A DNA stretch of 61,501 nucleotides from a virus (taxonomy: Duplodnaviria > Caudoviricetes): positions 1-61,501 of the IMG/VR virus record IMGVR_UViG_3300028007_000002; one strand, 5' to 3'. The notes below the pieces were generated by a model. That model ran no database searches and was not told the origin of the DNA. It saw only the letters and a program-made list of their open reading frames with translations. The position numbers and the translations under genes were made by a program. Shown one piece after another: positions 51,998 to 60,584 of the stretch (position 1 is its first letter; each line of letters opens with the position of its first letter).

Positions 51998-54378
51998 TGA
52001 CCACTGAGAGCAGCGCTCCAACCCTCGGCACTGCGATCCGACTTCTGGCCGGCCGCTGTGATTGGGCGAATAGCCTCGACGGCGCTGGGTTCAACGCCGC
52101 TGACGCCGCTTTTGGGCACAGCCTCGCAGGGCAGGCGGAAGAGGAGTGGTCACCGAAGAAACGGCGGGCCGCCTGGAAGATGCTCCGAAAATACCGCGGC
52201 CAGTTGAGCGGGGCCGGCATCAACTTCGATGCGATCCCGGAACCGCCCGAATCAGACCCAAGCCATCACCTGGCAATCGTTCCAAAGACGCTGGCACCGA
52301 TCGCGCCAGCGTCACCACCGATAGTTGCGGCATTCACGCCGCAACTGACGATCCGGGGAATTCTCGGACCCGGCGGTGTCATTGCCCGACAGCTCCCCGG
52401 CTACGAGTGCCGCGATCCCCAGATCCAGATGGCCGAGCTGGTCGAGGCGGCGATCGCTAAGAGTCGGCATGCGGCCATCGAGGCGGGCACGGGTACAGGT
52501 AAGAGCCTCGGCTACCTGGTGCCAGCCATTCTGAGTGGTCAGCGGACCGTGTGTAGCACCGCCGACAAAGCCCTTCAAGTGCAGATCTGGGCGAAGGACA
52601 TTCCGTTCCTCCAGTCGGTCTTGCCCCAGCCATTCCGGGCAGCCATCCTGAAGGGCCGATCGAACTATCTCTGCCTCCATCGTTTCGCGGAGATGAGCGA
52701 CCAACTGTCGGGATCCCTGCCAGGGATGGCCGACGTGGCACTTTTCAAGAGCACCGACGCGGCACTGGCCTGGCCCGAGGTGGTCACCTGGGCGGCCGAG
52801 ACGAACACCGGGGATCTGGAGACAGCGCCCTTCGCGGTGCCCCTCGACCTCTGGTCGGATCTGACGGTGGACTCGGATTCATGCCTCGGCAAACGCTGTC
52901 CGCAGTTCGGGAACTGCTGGGTCGAGAAGGCCAAGACCAAAGCCAGTGAGGCTGAGGTGATCATCGTGAATCACGCTCTCCTGCTACGGGATCTGGAACT
53001 CCGCTTCCAGACCGACGGCCACGCCAGCGTCCTGCCAGATGACGTCTCAGTCATCGTCCTCGATGAGGCGCACCATCTGGAGGACATCGCAACGAACGCG
53101 TTCGGCGTTGAGATCAGTCTCGGCCGATGGACGCGGATAGCCCGCCGGATTGAGAACCTGACGGTCAAGCACAAAGCGGTCAAGGGGCAGCCAAGCGGGA
53201 CCGAGGACCAGGACGAGGCCGAGAAATGGAGCCTCAAAGCCGGTGCGGTTCAGTCCCAGATGGAGAGCCTGTTCGGGGCAATTCAGGATCGCTTCGCTGA
53301 GTCTCGGTCGGCGTCGATGATCCTGAGGGATGAGCGTCCGATCGCGAACGCGGCGCTTCAGGCCCTCCGATTCTTTACGGAAGAGATCAAAGGTGGCGCG
53401 CTCCACTGGCTGACACCTGACCAGCAGACCAGTTGGGGGAAGCTCGGCGACCAGACCGATCGGCTGACGGGTCACCTTGAGTGGGTCGTGACACCGGGCA
53501 CCGAGGATGTGTTGGTGCGCTTCGCGGAGTTGAGTAACGGCCGGATCGTTCTGCACGCGAAGCCGATCGACGTATCTGACCTTCTTGCGGAGCGGCTTTT
53601 CGAGGTGTTCCCAACGGTGATCGCCACCTCGGCCACCATTGCGACCGACGCCGGCATGGCCTACTGGCGGTCGCGGGTAGGGCTTGAGCAGGTCGACGAA
53701 CTAATTGTGTCCAGTCCATTCGACTACCGTCGCGCGGCGCTGATCTATCTCCCTCAGGATGGACAGAGCTTTGATCCGAGCCGCTTCCGGCAGGAGGGCA
53801 GCATCGAGTACGTCGAGCGCCTGGCCGGCGAGATCGAGCGCCTCCTGCTAGCGTCAGACGGTCGAGCCTTCGTCTTGTTCACCAGCTTCCGTATCCTGCG
53901 GGATGTCTACGATCGGCTGGCTCCACGGCTCCGGTGGACCTTGCTCCGGCAAGGTGATCTACCGCGTCCCGAACTGGTTCGGCGATTCCGCGAGGACACC
54001 CATAGCGTCCTCTTCGGGGTCAAATCGTTCTGGGAAGGCGTCGATGTGCAAGGCGAGGCGTTGAGCCTCGTGATCATCGACAAACTGCCCTTCACGCCAC
54101 CAGACGATCCGATCTGGGCGGCTCGCTGTGACGCGGTGAACCGCGCGGCCAATGATCGCTGGGCCTGGTTCAACCAGCTTGCCATCCCGGTCGCCACCAT
54201 CGCCCTCAAACAGGGTTTTGGTCGGCTGATTCGCACCAAGACCGATCGGGGCGTGGTGGCCATTTTGGATGGCCGGCTGACCACGAAACCCTACGGCCGA
54301 CGCATCGTGAGGAGCCTACCGCCGGCGACGGTGACGCGCAGTCTCGACGCGGTGCGCGCTTTTTTTGGGGCGTCATGA
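51997..54378 (+). CDS. dinG: DinG/YoaA-family Fe-S DNA helicase with extra N-terminal domain
   Basis: EAGTGTGKS, KGRSNYLC, C...C...C cluster, LDEAH, TSAT, SPFDY, SFWEGVD, QGFGRLIR. Confidence 0.92.
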   Translation: MTTESSAPTLGTAIRLLAGRCDWANSLDGAGFNAADAAFGHSLAGQAEEEWSPKKRRAAWKMLRKYRGQLSGAGINFDAIPEPPESDPSHHLAIVPKTLAPIAPASPPIVAAFTPQLTIRGILGPGGVIARQLPGYECRDPQIQMAELVEAAIAKSRHAAIEAGTGTGKSLGYLVPAILSGQRTVCSTADKALQVQIWAKDIPFLQSVLPQPFRAAILKGRSNYLCLHRFAEMSDQLSGSLPGMADVALFKSTDAALAWPEVVTWAAETNTGDLETAPFAVPLDLWSDLTVDSDSCLGKRCPQFGNCWVEKAKTKASEAEVIIVNHALLLRDLELRFQTDGHASVLPDDVSVIVLDEAHHLEDIATNAFGVEISLGRWTRIARRIENLTVKHKAVKGQPSGTEDQDEAEKWSLKAGAVQSQMESLFGAIQDRFAESRSASMILRDERPIANAALQALRFFTEEIKGGALHWLTPDQQTSWGKLGDQTDRLTGHLEWVVTPGTEDVLVRFAELSNGRIVLHAKPIDVSDLLAERLFEVFPTVIATSATIATDAGMAYWRSRVGLEQVDELIVSSPFDYRRAALIYLPQDGQSFDPSRFRQEGSIEYVERLAGEIERLLLASDGRAFVLFTSFRILRDVYDRLAPRLRWTLLRQGDLPRPELVRRFREDTHSVLFGVKSFWEGVDVQGEALSLVIIDKLPFTPPDDPIWAARCDAVNRAANDRWAWFNQLAIPVATIALKQGFGRLIRTKTDRGVVAILDGRLTTKPYGRRIVRSLPPATVTRSLDAVRAFFGAS

Positions 54379-54380
54379 CT

Positions 54381-54450
54381 TCCCGACTCGAGCCTCCCGA
54401 CTCGATCGAGTCGGGAGGCCTTGCGCTGAGCACCGGCGCGGCCGGTGCTC
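54381..54450. repeat. direct repeat, perfect 28-bp palindrome and hairpin
   Basis: TCCCGACTCGA x2; GCCTCCCGACTCGATCGAGTCGGGAGGC (54392-54419); GAGCACCGGC/GCCGGTGCTC. Confidence 0.8.
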
Positions 54451-54553
54451 CTTAGCCGGGTAGCTTGGCCGGGTCTGGACCGTTATTCCGCCGGCCGGCT
54501 GCCCACCTTCACCCATCCACTGATTCCCAACTGCCAACGAAAGAGGCTCGCCG

Positions 54554-55063
54554 ATGGCACGCAAGCGCGACATTGATCCCCGGCTCTGGGAGAACGAGCA
54601 GCTCGCTGATGTCAGCCGTGACGCTCGGCTGCTCTTCATCGCCTGCATCAACTTCGCGGACGACGAGGGCCGGCTCAAAGGCAGCGCGCGGTATCTGCGG
54701 GCTCAAGCCTTCCGCTACGACGTCGATGTCACCGAAACGATGGTGGCTGAGTGGCGTGACGCGTTGATTGCGGCCGGAGTGCTCAGCCTCCACGACCACG
54801 ATGGCGCTCCCCAGCTTCAGATTGTCGATTGGCGTTCTTTGACTCGCCCAGAAAGGCATCCAGTTCGGCGCCATTGGGACAACATCGCCCGCCGAGTACG
54901 CCCAACCATATTGGCGAGAGATGGTTACCACTGCGCTTTGTGCGGGGCACCCGCGCCTCTGGAAGTCGATCACATCGTCGCGATTGCTAAGGGCGGCTCC
55001 AATGACCTCGCTAATCTGCGAACTCTTTGTTTGCCTTGCAATCGGCGCAAGGGAGCGGACTAA
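54554..55063 (+). CDS. replication-initiator-like N-terminal domain fused to HNH
   Basis: ARLLFIACINFADDEGR; RDGYHCALCG...LEVDHIV...GGSNDLANLRTLCLPCNRRKG. Confidence 0.85.
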   Translation: MARKRDIDPRLWENEQLADVSRDARLLFIACINFADDEGRLKGSARYLRAQAFRYDVDVTETMVAEWRDALIAAGVLSLHDHDGAPQLQIVDWRSLTRPERHPVRRHWDNIARRVRPTILARDGYHCALCGAPAPLEVDHIVAIAKGGSNDLANLRTLCLPCNRRKGAD

Positions 55064-56001
55064 TGCCTAACCGCATTCTCTTCGAACGCATCTGCACATC
55101 GGACACGATCGACCAGCTCTCGGCCGAGGAGGAGCGCTTCTTCTACCGTCTGATGGTCCAAGTGGACGACTACGGTCGCTTCGACGCACGGCCGGCGGTG
55201 TTGCGGGCGCGGTGCTTCCCTCTGCAACTCGATAAAGTTCGCGACGAGGACATCAGTCGCTGGCTGGGCCGGCTCGTCGAAGTCGATCTCGTGCGGCTGT
55301 ACACCTTCGACAACCAGCCGTTCCTCTTCATCGTGAAGTGGGAAAAGCACCAGCGGATGCGTGCGAAAACCAGCAGATTCCCGGATCCGCCGGAATGTGC
55401 GGACATGTGCGCGCCGATGACCGCCGACGGCGGCGAAATGCCCCCGTATTCGTATTCGAGGAGGAGGAGGCGAGAGTCAGAAACGAATGCGGATGCGGAT
55501 CTCGATATGCGAGGAGGCGGAGGCGAGAACTCATTGACCGACGCTGAATCCGACGATGACGTGGCGTCGCCGCCGTCTGCCGTCGAAAGCGCGCCGGTGC
55601 CCGACGCGACGAAGCCCCCTCCTCCCAGCGAGAGCGAGAGATCGCTGCTGCTTTTGCTGAAGGGCGTGCCGAACTATCCCTTCGACCCCTGGCAGGACCT
55701 GGCGCATATCCGGTCGCTGGCGGCTGATTTCCCGACGATCGACGTGGGGCACGTGCTCAAATCGTGGATTGCGTCGAAAACGACCAAGCCCTTGAAAGCG
55801 CGCGACTCCCCGCGATCGCAGCACCGCAACTGGTGCGCGGTCGAAGCCAATGGCAATGCCGAACGGAGCAATCGCAATGGACACTCAGCCGGATTTTCAC
55901 GCTCTCAGCAGCGTCATAGCGTCCCCACTCACGACGAATACGCAGCGCAGGCCGCCGAACTGGCTGCACTCCGTGCCGGACGAGCCGGCCCCGGAACCTG
56001 A
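55063..56001 (+). CDS. phage replication initiator
   Basis: MPNRIL...FFYRLMVQVDDYGRF...WEKHQR; precedes DnaC-like gene. Confidence 0.75.
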   Translation: MPNRILFERICTSDTIDQLSAEEERFFYRLMVQVDDYGRFDARPAVLRARCFPLQLDKVRDEDISRWLGRLVEVDLVRLYTFDNQPFLFIVKWEKHQRMRAKTSRFPDPPECADMCAPMTADGGEMPPYSYSRRRRRESETNADADLDMRGGGGENSLTDAESDDDVASPPSAVESAPVPDATKPPPPSESERSLLLLLKGVPNYPFDPWQDLAHIRSLAADFPTIDVGHVLKSWIASKTTKPLKARDSPRSQHRNWCAVEANGNAERSNRNGHSAGFSRSQQRHSVPTHDEYAAQAAELAALRAGRAGPGT

Positions 56002-56755
56002 GCCGGCGTGTGCGTCCTGCCGAGGGTACGGCTTCGTCCGTCGTGCGGTGCCGATCAGCGATCCGGATTTTGGCCGGGCGATCCCGTGCCATTGCCGGTT
56101 GGTCGATGTCGAGCAGCGCCGGCAAGAGCATTATGTGCAAGCCGGACTCTCCTTGCTCCCCCGGGCGGCGTCCGGCCAGACGTTCGATCGGTTTCGGCTG
56201 ACCGGCTTCGGGCGAGAGCTCGCCACCGAGGCCTACGAGACCGCGCGGGCCTGGGCGGAACGCGAGGACGACGATGACGCTGTGCCGCCGCTGCTCTTCA
56301 TCTACGGGACGACTGGCAACGGCAAGACGCATCTGTCGTACGCCGCGGCGCATCGGTTGATCGAGCGGGGCAAGCTCGTCGTTTGGCAGAACCTGCCGGC
56401 GATGCTCGATCGCTTCCGCAATTGCTTTGATGCCCGTCTGGCCTGGGAGCGGGACGGCGGACTGCGGCCACCCCTTTTCGCCGAGGAGTTCGCCAACGTG
56501 CTGGAGGCGGACTACCTGATCCTCGACGATCTCGGGGCCCAGGTTTTTTCCGAGTGGGCGGCCGAAAAGCTCTACCTGCTGGTGGATGATCGGTATCGCC
56601 AGCACAAGCCCCTCTTTGTGACCTGCAACAGCCTGTTCAACCAGATCCCGGATCGGCTGGCCAGTCGGTTCAAGGCATCCGACGTGTGTCGGCTGATTTG
56701 GAACCAGGCAACCGACTGCCGGCCGTATGTGACCCAACTCCAGACCCAGGATTGA
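55877..56755 (+). CDS. DnaC/IstB-like helicase loader ATPase (start uncertain)
   Basis: CASC.G.G...PCHC; GTTGNGKTHL; LILDDLG; DRLASR. Confidence 0.88.
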   Translation: MDTQPDFHALSSVIASPLTTNTQRRPPNWLHSVPDEPAPEPEPACASCRGYGFVRRAVPISDPDFGRAIPCHCRLVDVEQRRQEHYVQAGLSLLPRAASGQTFDRFRLTGFGRELATEAYETARAWAEREDDDDAVPPLLFIYGTTGNGKTHLSYAAAHRLIERGKLVVWQNLPAMLDRFRNCFDARLAWERDGGLRPPLFAEEFANVLEADYLILDDLGAQVFSEWAAEKLYLLVDDRYRQHKPLFVTCNSLFNQIPDRLASRFKASDVCRLIWNQATDCRPYVTQLQTQD

Positions 56756-56780
56756 TCGCCAACTCCACAAGGAGAGTGAA

Positions 56781-57212
56781 ATGGTAGTCGAGTTCAGTAC
56801 CCGCTTTGATCAGTGGTCCACGAAGCCCAACAAGGATCTGCTCACGCCGACCGTCAAGGTCGTTTTCGAGATGGCCGCCACTCCCGAGCTGATGGGCCAG
56901 CTCGTTCAGGTCTTCGGCCAGCAGGTCCGGGTACGGTTGGAGTCGGCGCAGTCCAGCTTGGATGACTACCTGGCCAAGCAGGAGCCGGTCACCGAGCCGG
57001 AGGAAACCGAGGCCAGCTACCCCTTCACCGTAGACGTGGATGGGAACGTGATCGACGGCGAGCATCGGTTGCTGCCCGCCCTGGCCGGACCGGAGGACGA
57101 TGGCGTGTCGGCCGGAACCCGCGAGCGGCGACGCCAGCGCACGGTCGCCCAGGCCGACTCGATTCCCGGCGAGCTCGTGGCCGCCGGCGCCGAGTGGAAG
57201 TCGGCCAACTGA
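56781..57212 (+). CDS. hypothetical protein
   Basis: AAGGAG RBS. Confidence 0.55.
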   Translation: MVVEFSTRFDQWSTKPNKDLLTPTVKVVFEMAATPELMGQLVQVFGQQVRVRLESAQSSLDDYLAKQEPVTEPEETEASYPFTVDVDGNVIDGEHRLLPALAGPEDDGVSAGTRERRRQRTVAQADSIPGELVAAGAEWKSAN

Positions 57213-57344
57213 CTCTCGACGCGACTGCCTAGACGGAGCGGCTGACCAGAGCTCGTACCTCTGGCCAGCCTGCATCACAACCCGAGGAGACAGGATGCAA
57301 GTCCAGATTACCCGATCCGAGGCGACCTCGCGCGAGCACCCGAC

Positions 57345-59624
57345 ATGGTGAGCAATCGCCTTGACGATACCTACCGCGCCTTTCTGGCCAGAAAACGCGT
57401 CCAGGCTCAACCCGTCGGATTCACGGTGGATCGCAGCGCATTGAATCCAGCCCTATTCGACTGGCAGCGGGATATCGTGGAGTGGGCGATTCGACGTGGC
57501 CGGGCTGCTCTGTTTCTCGATTGCGGTCTCGGCAAAACGCTGATCCAACTTGAGTGGGCGCGGCACATCGTGGCTCAGGTCGATCGGCCGGCGCTGATAT
57601 TGGCGCCGTTGGCCGTGGCCCAGCAGACCGCTCGTGAGGGTGACAAGTTCGGCATTCAGGTCACGGTTTGCCGGACACAGGCCGACATTCGGCACGGCAT
57701 CAATATCGCCAACTACGAAATGCTCCAGCATTTCGACCCGTCCGGATTCGGAGCGTTGGTTTTAGATGAATCATCGATCCTGAAATCTTACGACGGGCCA
57801 ACTCGTAAGGCGATCACGGAGTTTGGCCGGTCGATTCCGTTCCGACTTGCCTGCACGGCCACGCCCGCGCCGAACGACTTGATGGAACTGAGCAATCACG
57901 CCGAGTTCCTCGACATCATGACCGGCAAGGAAATGATGGCCCTGTTTTTCACTCAGGACGGGAACTCCACTCACCAGTGGCGACTCAAGGGCCATGCTCG
58001 GCAGGACTTCTGGCGGTGGATGGCATCATGGTCGGTTGCCATGCGCAAGCCATCGGATATCGGCTATCCGGACGCCGATTTCATTCTGCCACCGCTCCAC
58101 ATGCATCAGGTGACGGTGGGCGTCAGTCAGCCGACGGCAACGCTTTTCCCAGTCGAGGCACTGACGCTTCAAGAGCGACAGCAGGCCCGGCGCGAAAGCA
58201 TCAGCGATCGCGTGGCAGCGACAGCGAACCTCATCAACAACTCGCCTGAGCAATGGCTGGTCTGGTGCAACCTGAACGCGGAATCCGAGGCGTTGGCAAA
58301 GGCGATTCTCGGTGCGGTGGAGGTGACCGGCTCTGACACGATTGCCCACAAAGAGCAGGCGTTGCTTGATTTCGTATCCGGGCGGGCACGCGTGCTGGTG
58401 AGCAAGAGCACGATCTTTGGGTTTGGCCTGAATCTCCAGAACTGCGCCAATGTGGCGTTCGTTGGCCTCTCCGATTCCTACGAGCAACTCTATCAGGCGA
58501 TCCGGCGCTGCTGGCGATTTGGGCAGACCCGGCCGGTCAACGTGTACCTGATTACCGCTGAGACGGAGGGTGCGGTTGTGAAGAATATCGCGCGAAAAGA
58601 GCGACAATCTGCCGAGATGTTTGACCAGATTACGGCCAATATGGCGGGGCTTCAACTCTCCTCGGCCGAACGGTCGGAGATGGCCTACGAGGAATCAGTC
58701 GCCTACGGAAAAGGGTGGACTCTCTATCTCGGCGACAGCGTCCAACAGTTGTCCAATGTGGCGAGTGAGACAGTTGGATTGTCTGTGTTCTCGCCGCCCT
58801 TTCCCGGCATGTACGCCTACACGAATTCTCCACATGACATGGGCAATGTGCGCGGGATTGAGGAATTGATCGAGCAGTACAGCTACCTGATCCCGGAACT
58901 GCTCCGCGTGACCATGCCCGGCCGGTCGGCTTGTGTCCACCTGACACAGGCAGTCGCGTTCAAAGGCACTGACGGCTATATCGGCCTCAAGGATTTTCGC
59001 GGTGCCGTGATTCGGGCGATGGAGGCCGGCGGCTGGATTTATTACGGCGAGGTCTGCATCGACAAAAACCCGCAGGTGAAGGCGATTCGAACGAAAGACC
59101 GCGGCCTGTTGTTCAAAACGCTGGCTAATGATTCCAGTCACATGCACATGGCACTGGCTGATTACCTGCTGCAATTCCGCAAGCCGGGCGATAATCCGCA
59201 GCCAATCCGGGCCGGGATCAGCACGAAATATCAAAACGAGTCCGGCTGGATTACCGCCGATGAATGGATCGAATGGGCGGCTCCGGTCTGGTATCGGGCC
59301 GATGCCGGCATTCCGGGTGGAATCCGGGAAACTGACGTGCTCAACGTGGTGCAGGCCCGTGAAACGGATGACGAACGCCACCTCTGCCCGCTGCAACTAG
59401 GCGTGATTGAGCGGGCGATCAAACTCTGGAGCAATCCGGGCGATTTAGTTCTTGATCCCTTTGCGGGCATCGGCTCAACCGGCTTTGAGGCTCTGAAGCA
59501 CGGCCGACGGTTTGTCGGGTGTGAACTAAAACCGTCGTACTTCCGGTCAGCTTGCATCAACCTCGACCGGGCAGTGTTTGAGCGCAATCAGCCAACCCTC
59601 TTTGACGTGGCGGCGGGATCATGA
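57345..59624 (+). CDS. SF2 helicase fused to N4/N6 DNA methyltransferase
   Basis: DCGLGKT, LDESSILK, TATPAPND, QAIRRCWRFGQ; FSPPF, HLCPLQL, VLDPFAGIGSTG. Confidence 0.9.
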   Translation: MVSNRLDDTYRAFLARKRVQAQPVGFTVDRSALNPALFDWQRDIVEWAIRRGRAALFLDCGLGKTLIQLEWARHIVAQVDRPALILAPLAVAQQTAREGDKFGIQVTVCRTQADIRHGINIANYEMLQHFDPSGFGALVLDESSILKSYDGPTRKAITEFGRSIPFRLACTATPAPNDLMELSNHAEFLDIMTGKEMMALFFTQDGNSTHQWRLKGHARQDFWRWMASWSVAMRKPSDIGYPDADFILPPLHMHQVTVGVSQPTATLFPVEALTLQERQQARRESISDRVAATANLINNSPEQWLVWCNLNAESEALAKAILGAVEVTGSDTIAHKEQALLDFVSGRARVLVSKSTIFGFGLNLQNCANVAFVGLSDSYEQLYQAIRRCWRFGQTRPVNVYLITAETEGAVVKNIARKERQSAEMFDQITANMAGLQLSSAERSEMAYEESVAYGKGWTLYLGDSVQQLSNVASETVGLSVFSPPFPGMYAYTNSPHDMGNVRGIEELIEQYSYLIPELLRVTMPGRSACVHLTQAVAFKGTDGYIGLKDFRGAVIRAMEAGGWIYYGEVCIDKNPQVKAIRTKDRGLLFKTLANDSSHMHMALADYLLQFRKPGDNPQPIRAGISTKYQNESGWITADEWIEWAAPVWYRADAGIPGGIRETDVLNVVQARETDDERHLCPLQLGVIERAIKLWSNPGDLVLDPFAGIGSTGFEALKHGRRFVGCELKPSYFRSACINLDRAVFERNQPTLFDVAAGS

Positions 59625-60013
59625 ACGTCGCCCTGCCGCATCCCAACCTGAAATTGCGCCTTTGGACCGTCCCGCTCTGCCCGTCGTGGAACGACCGCTA
59701 TCACCTCGGCGGCCAACGCCCGGTGATCAAACAGGCGGTCCGCGACTGGGAGGAGGATGCCTACGCCCGCCTGATTGAGCAAGGGTGGGAGACGCCGGCG
59801 TTCACATTGTGGGTGCTTCTGGCCAAAGCGTACATGCCCGTCAGCCGCGATCTGGACAAGGTGATCCCGACGCTGGCCGATCTGCTCAAACGGCCGCAAC
59901 TGGTCGGGAGTGACGATCGCTACCTGATGGACGTGATGGCCGAGAAGTTCCCGACGCGGGACAGGACGCTTCACCGGATCGAGTTCGGCCTCACGGAGTA
60001 CGTGAGCGGATGA
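59621..60013 (+). CDS. RusA-like Holliday junction resolvase
   Basis: PSWN...RDLDK...D.L...DDR. Confidence 0.55.
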   Translation: MNVALPHPNLKLRLWTVPLCPSWNDRYHLGGQRPVIKQAVRDWEEDAYARLIEQGWETPAFTLWVLLAKAYMPVSRDLDKVIPTLADLLKRPQLVGSDDRYLMDVMAEKFPTRDRTLHRIEFGLTEYVSG

Positions 60014-60390
60014 ACGAGTACGAGGATTACCTCAACGGCCGCATCACGGCCCTCCGAATCACCCTGACCGCACTGGCCCACCACGGCAACGACCTCGCCG
60101 CTCGGGCGCTGCTGGAAGACGACGTGAAACAAATCCGTCGTTCCGAGGGTCAGCGTGGCGCGATTTGGCTGAACCCGGCTCGTCCGGCCCGCCGGAGTCC
60201 CGCGCCAACCGGATCGGGCGGCCGGGTGAAACAAGCGCGGCTGGATCTCGGGATTCCGCGATCCACCGCCGCGCGGCTGCTGGGCTGCTCACCGAACCTG
60301 CTGACCAAAATCGAGGAGGGTCTTCGGGCGATTCCGCTGGCCCGGCAGGACGATTTCCGCCGGGTGTTCGGCGCGGAGGTGGCGCCATGA
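60010..60390 (+). CDS. protein with C-terminal XRE HTH
   Basis: VKQARLDLGI...AARLLGCS...KIEEG. Confidence 0.65.
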   Translation: MNEYEDYLNGRITALRITLTALAHHGNDLAARALLEDDVKQIRRSEGQRGAIWLNPARPARRSPAPTGSGGRVKQARLDLGIPRSTAARLLGCSPNLLTKIEEGLRAIPLARQDDFRRVFGAEVAP

Positions 60391-60584
60391 TCGCCTACAG
60401 CGCAGTCCAGCCCTACGACTGCCTGACGCTGTCCGAGGACAGGCCGAACCTTCGCTGCCCGTGTGGCGGCGTGCAGACCGCGACGGGCTGGGACTGGAAT
60501 CCCTACCGGGTGCGCGCCTGCCACGACTGCCGGCGGGAGCACGTGCCAGATCAGCCGGCGCGGCGTTGGACGGAGGCGGTGTGA
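60387..60584 (+). CDS. small zinc-ribbon protein
   Basis: CPCGG...CHDC; GGAGG RBS and ATGA overlap. Confidence 0.5.
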   Translation: MIAYSAVQPYDCLTLSEDRPNLRCPCGGVQTATGWDWNPYRVRACHDCRREHVPDQPARRWTEAV

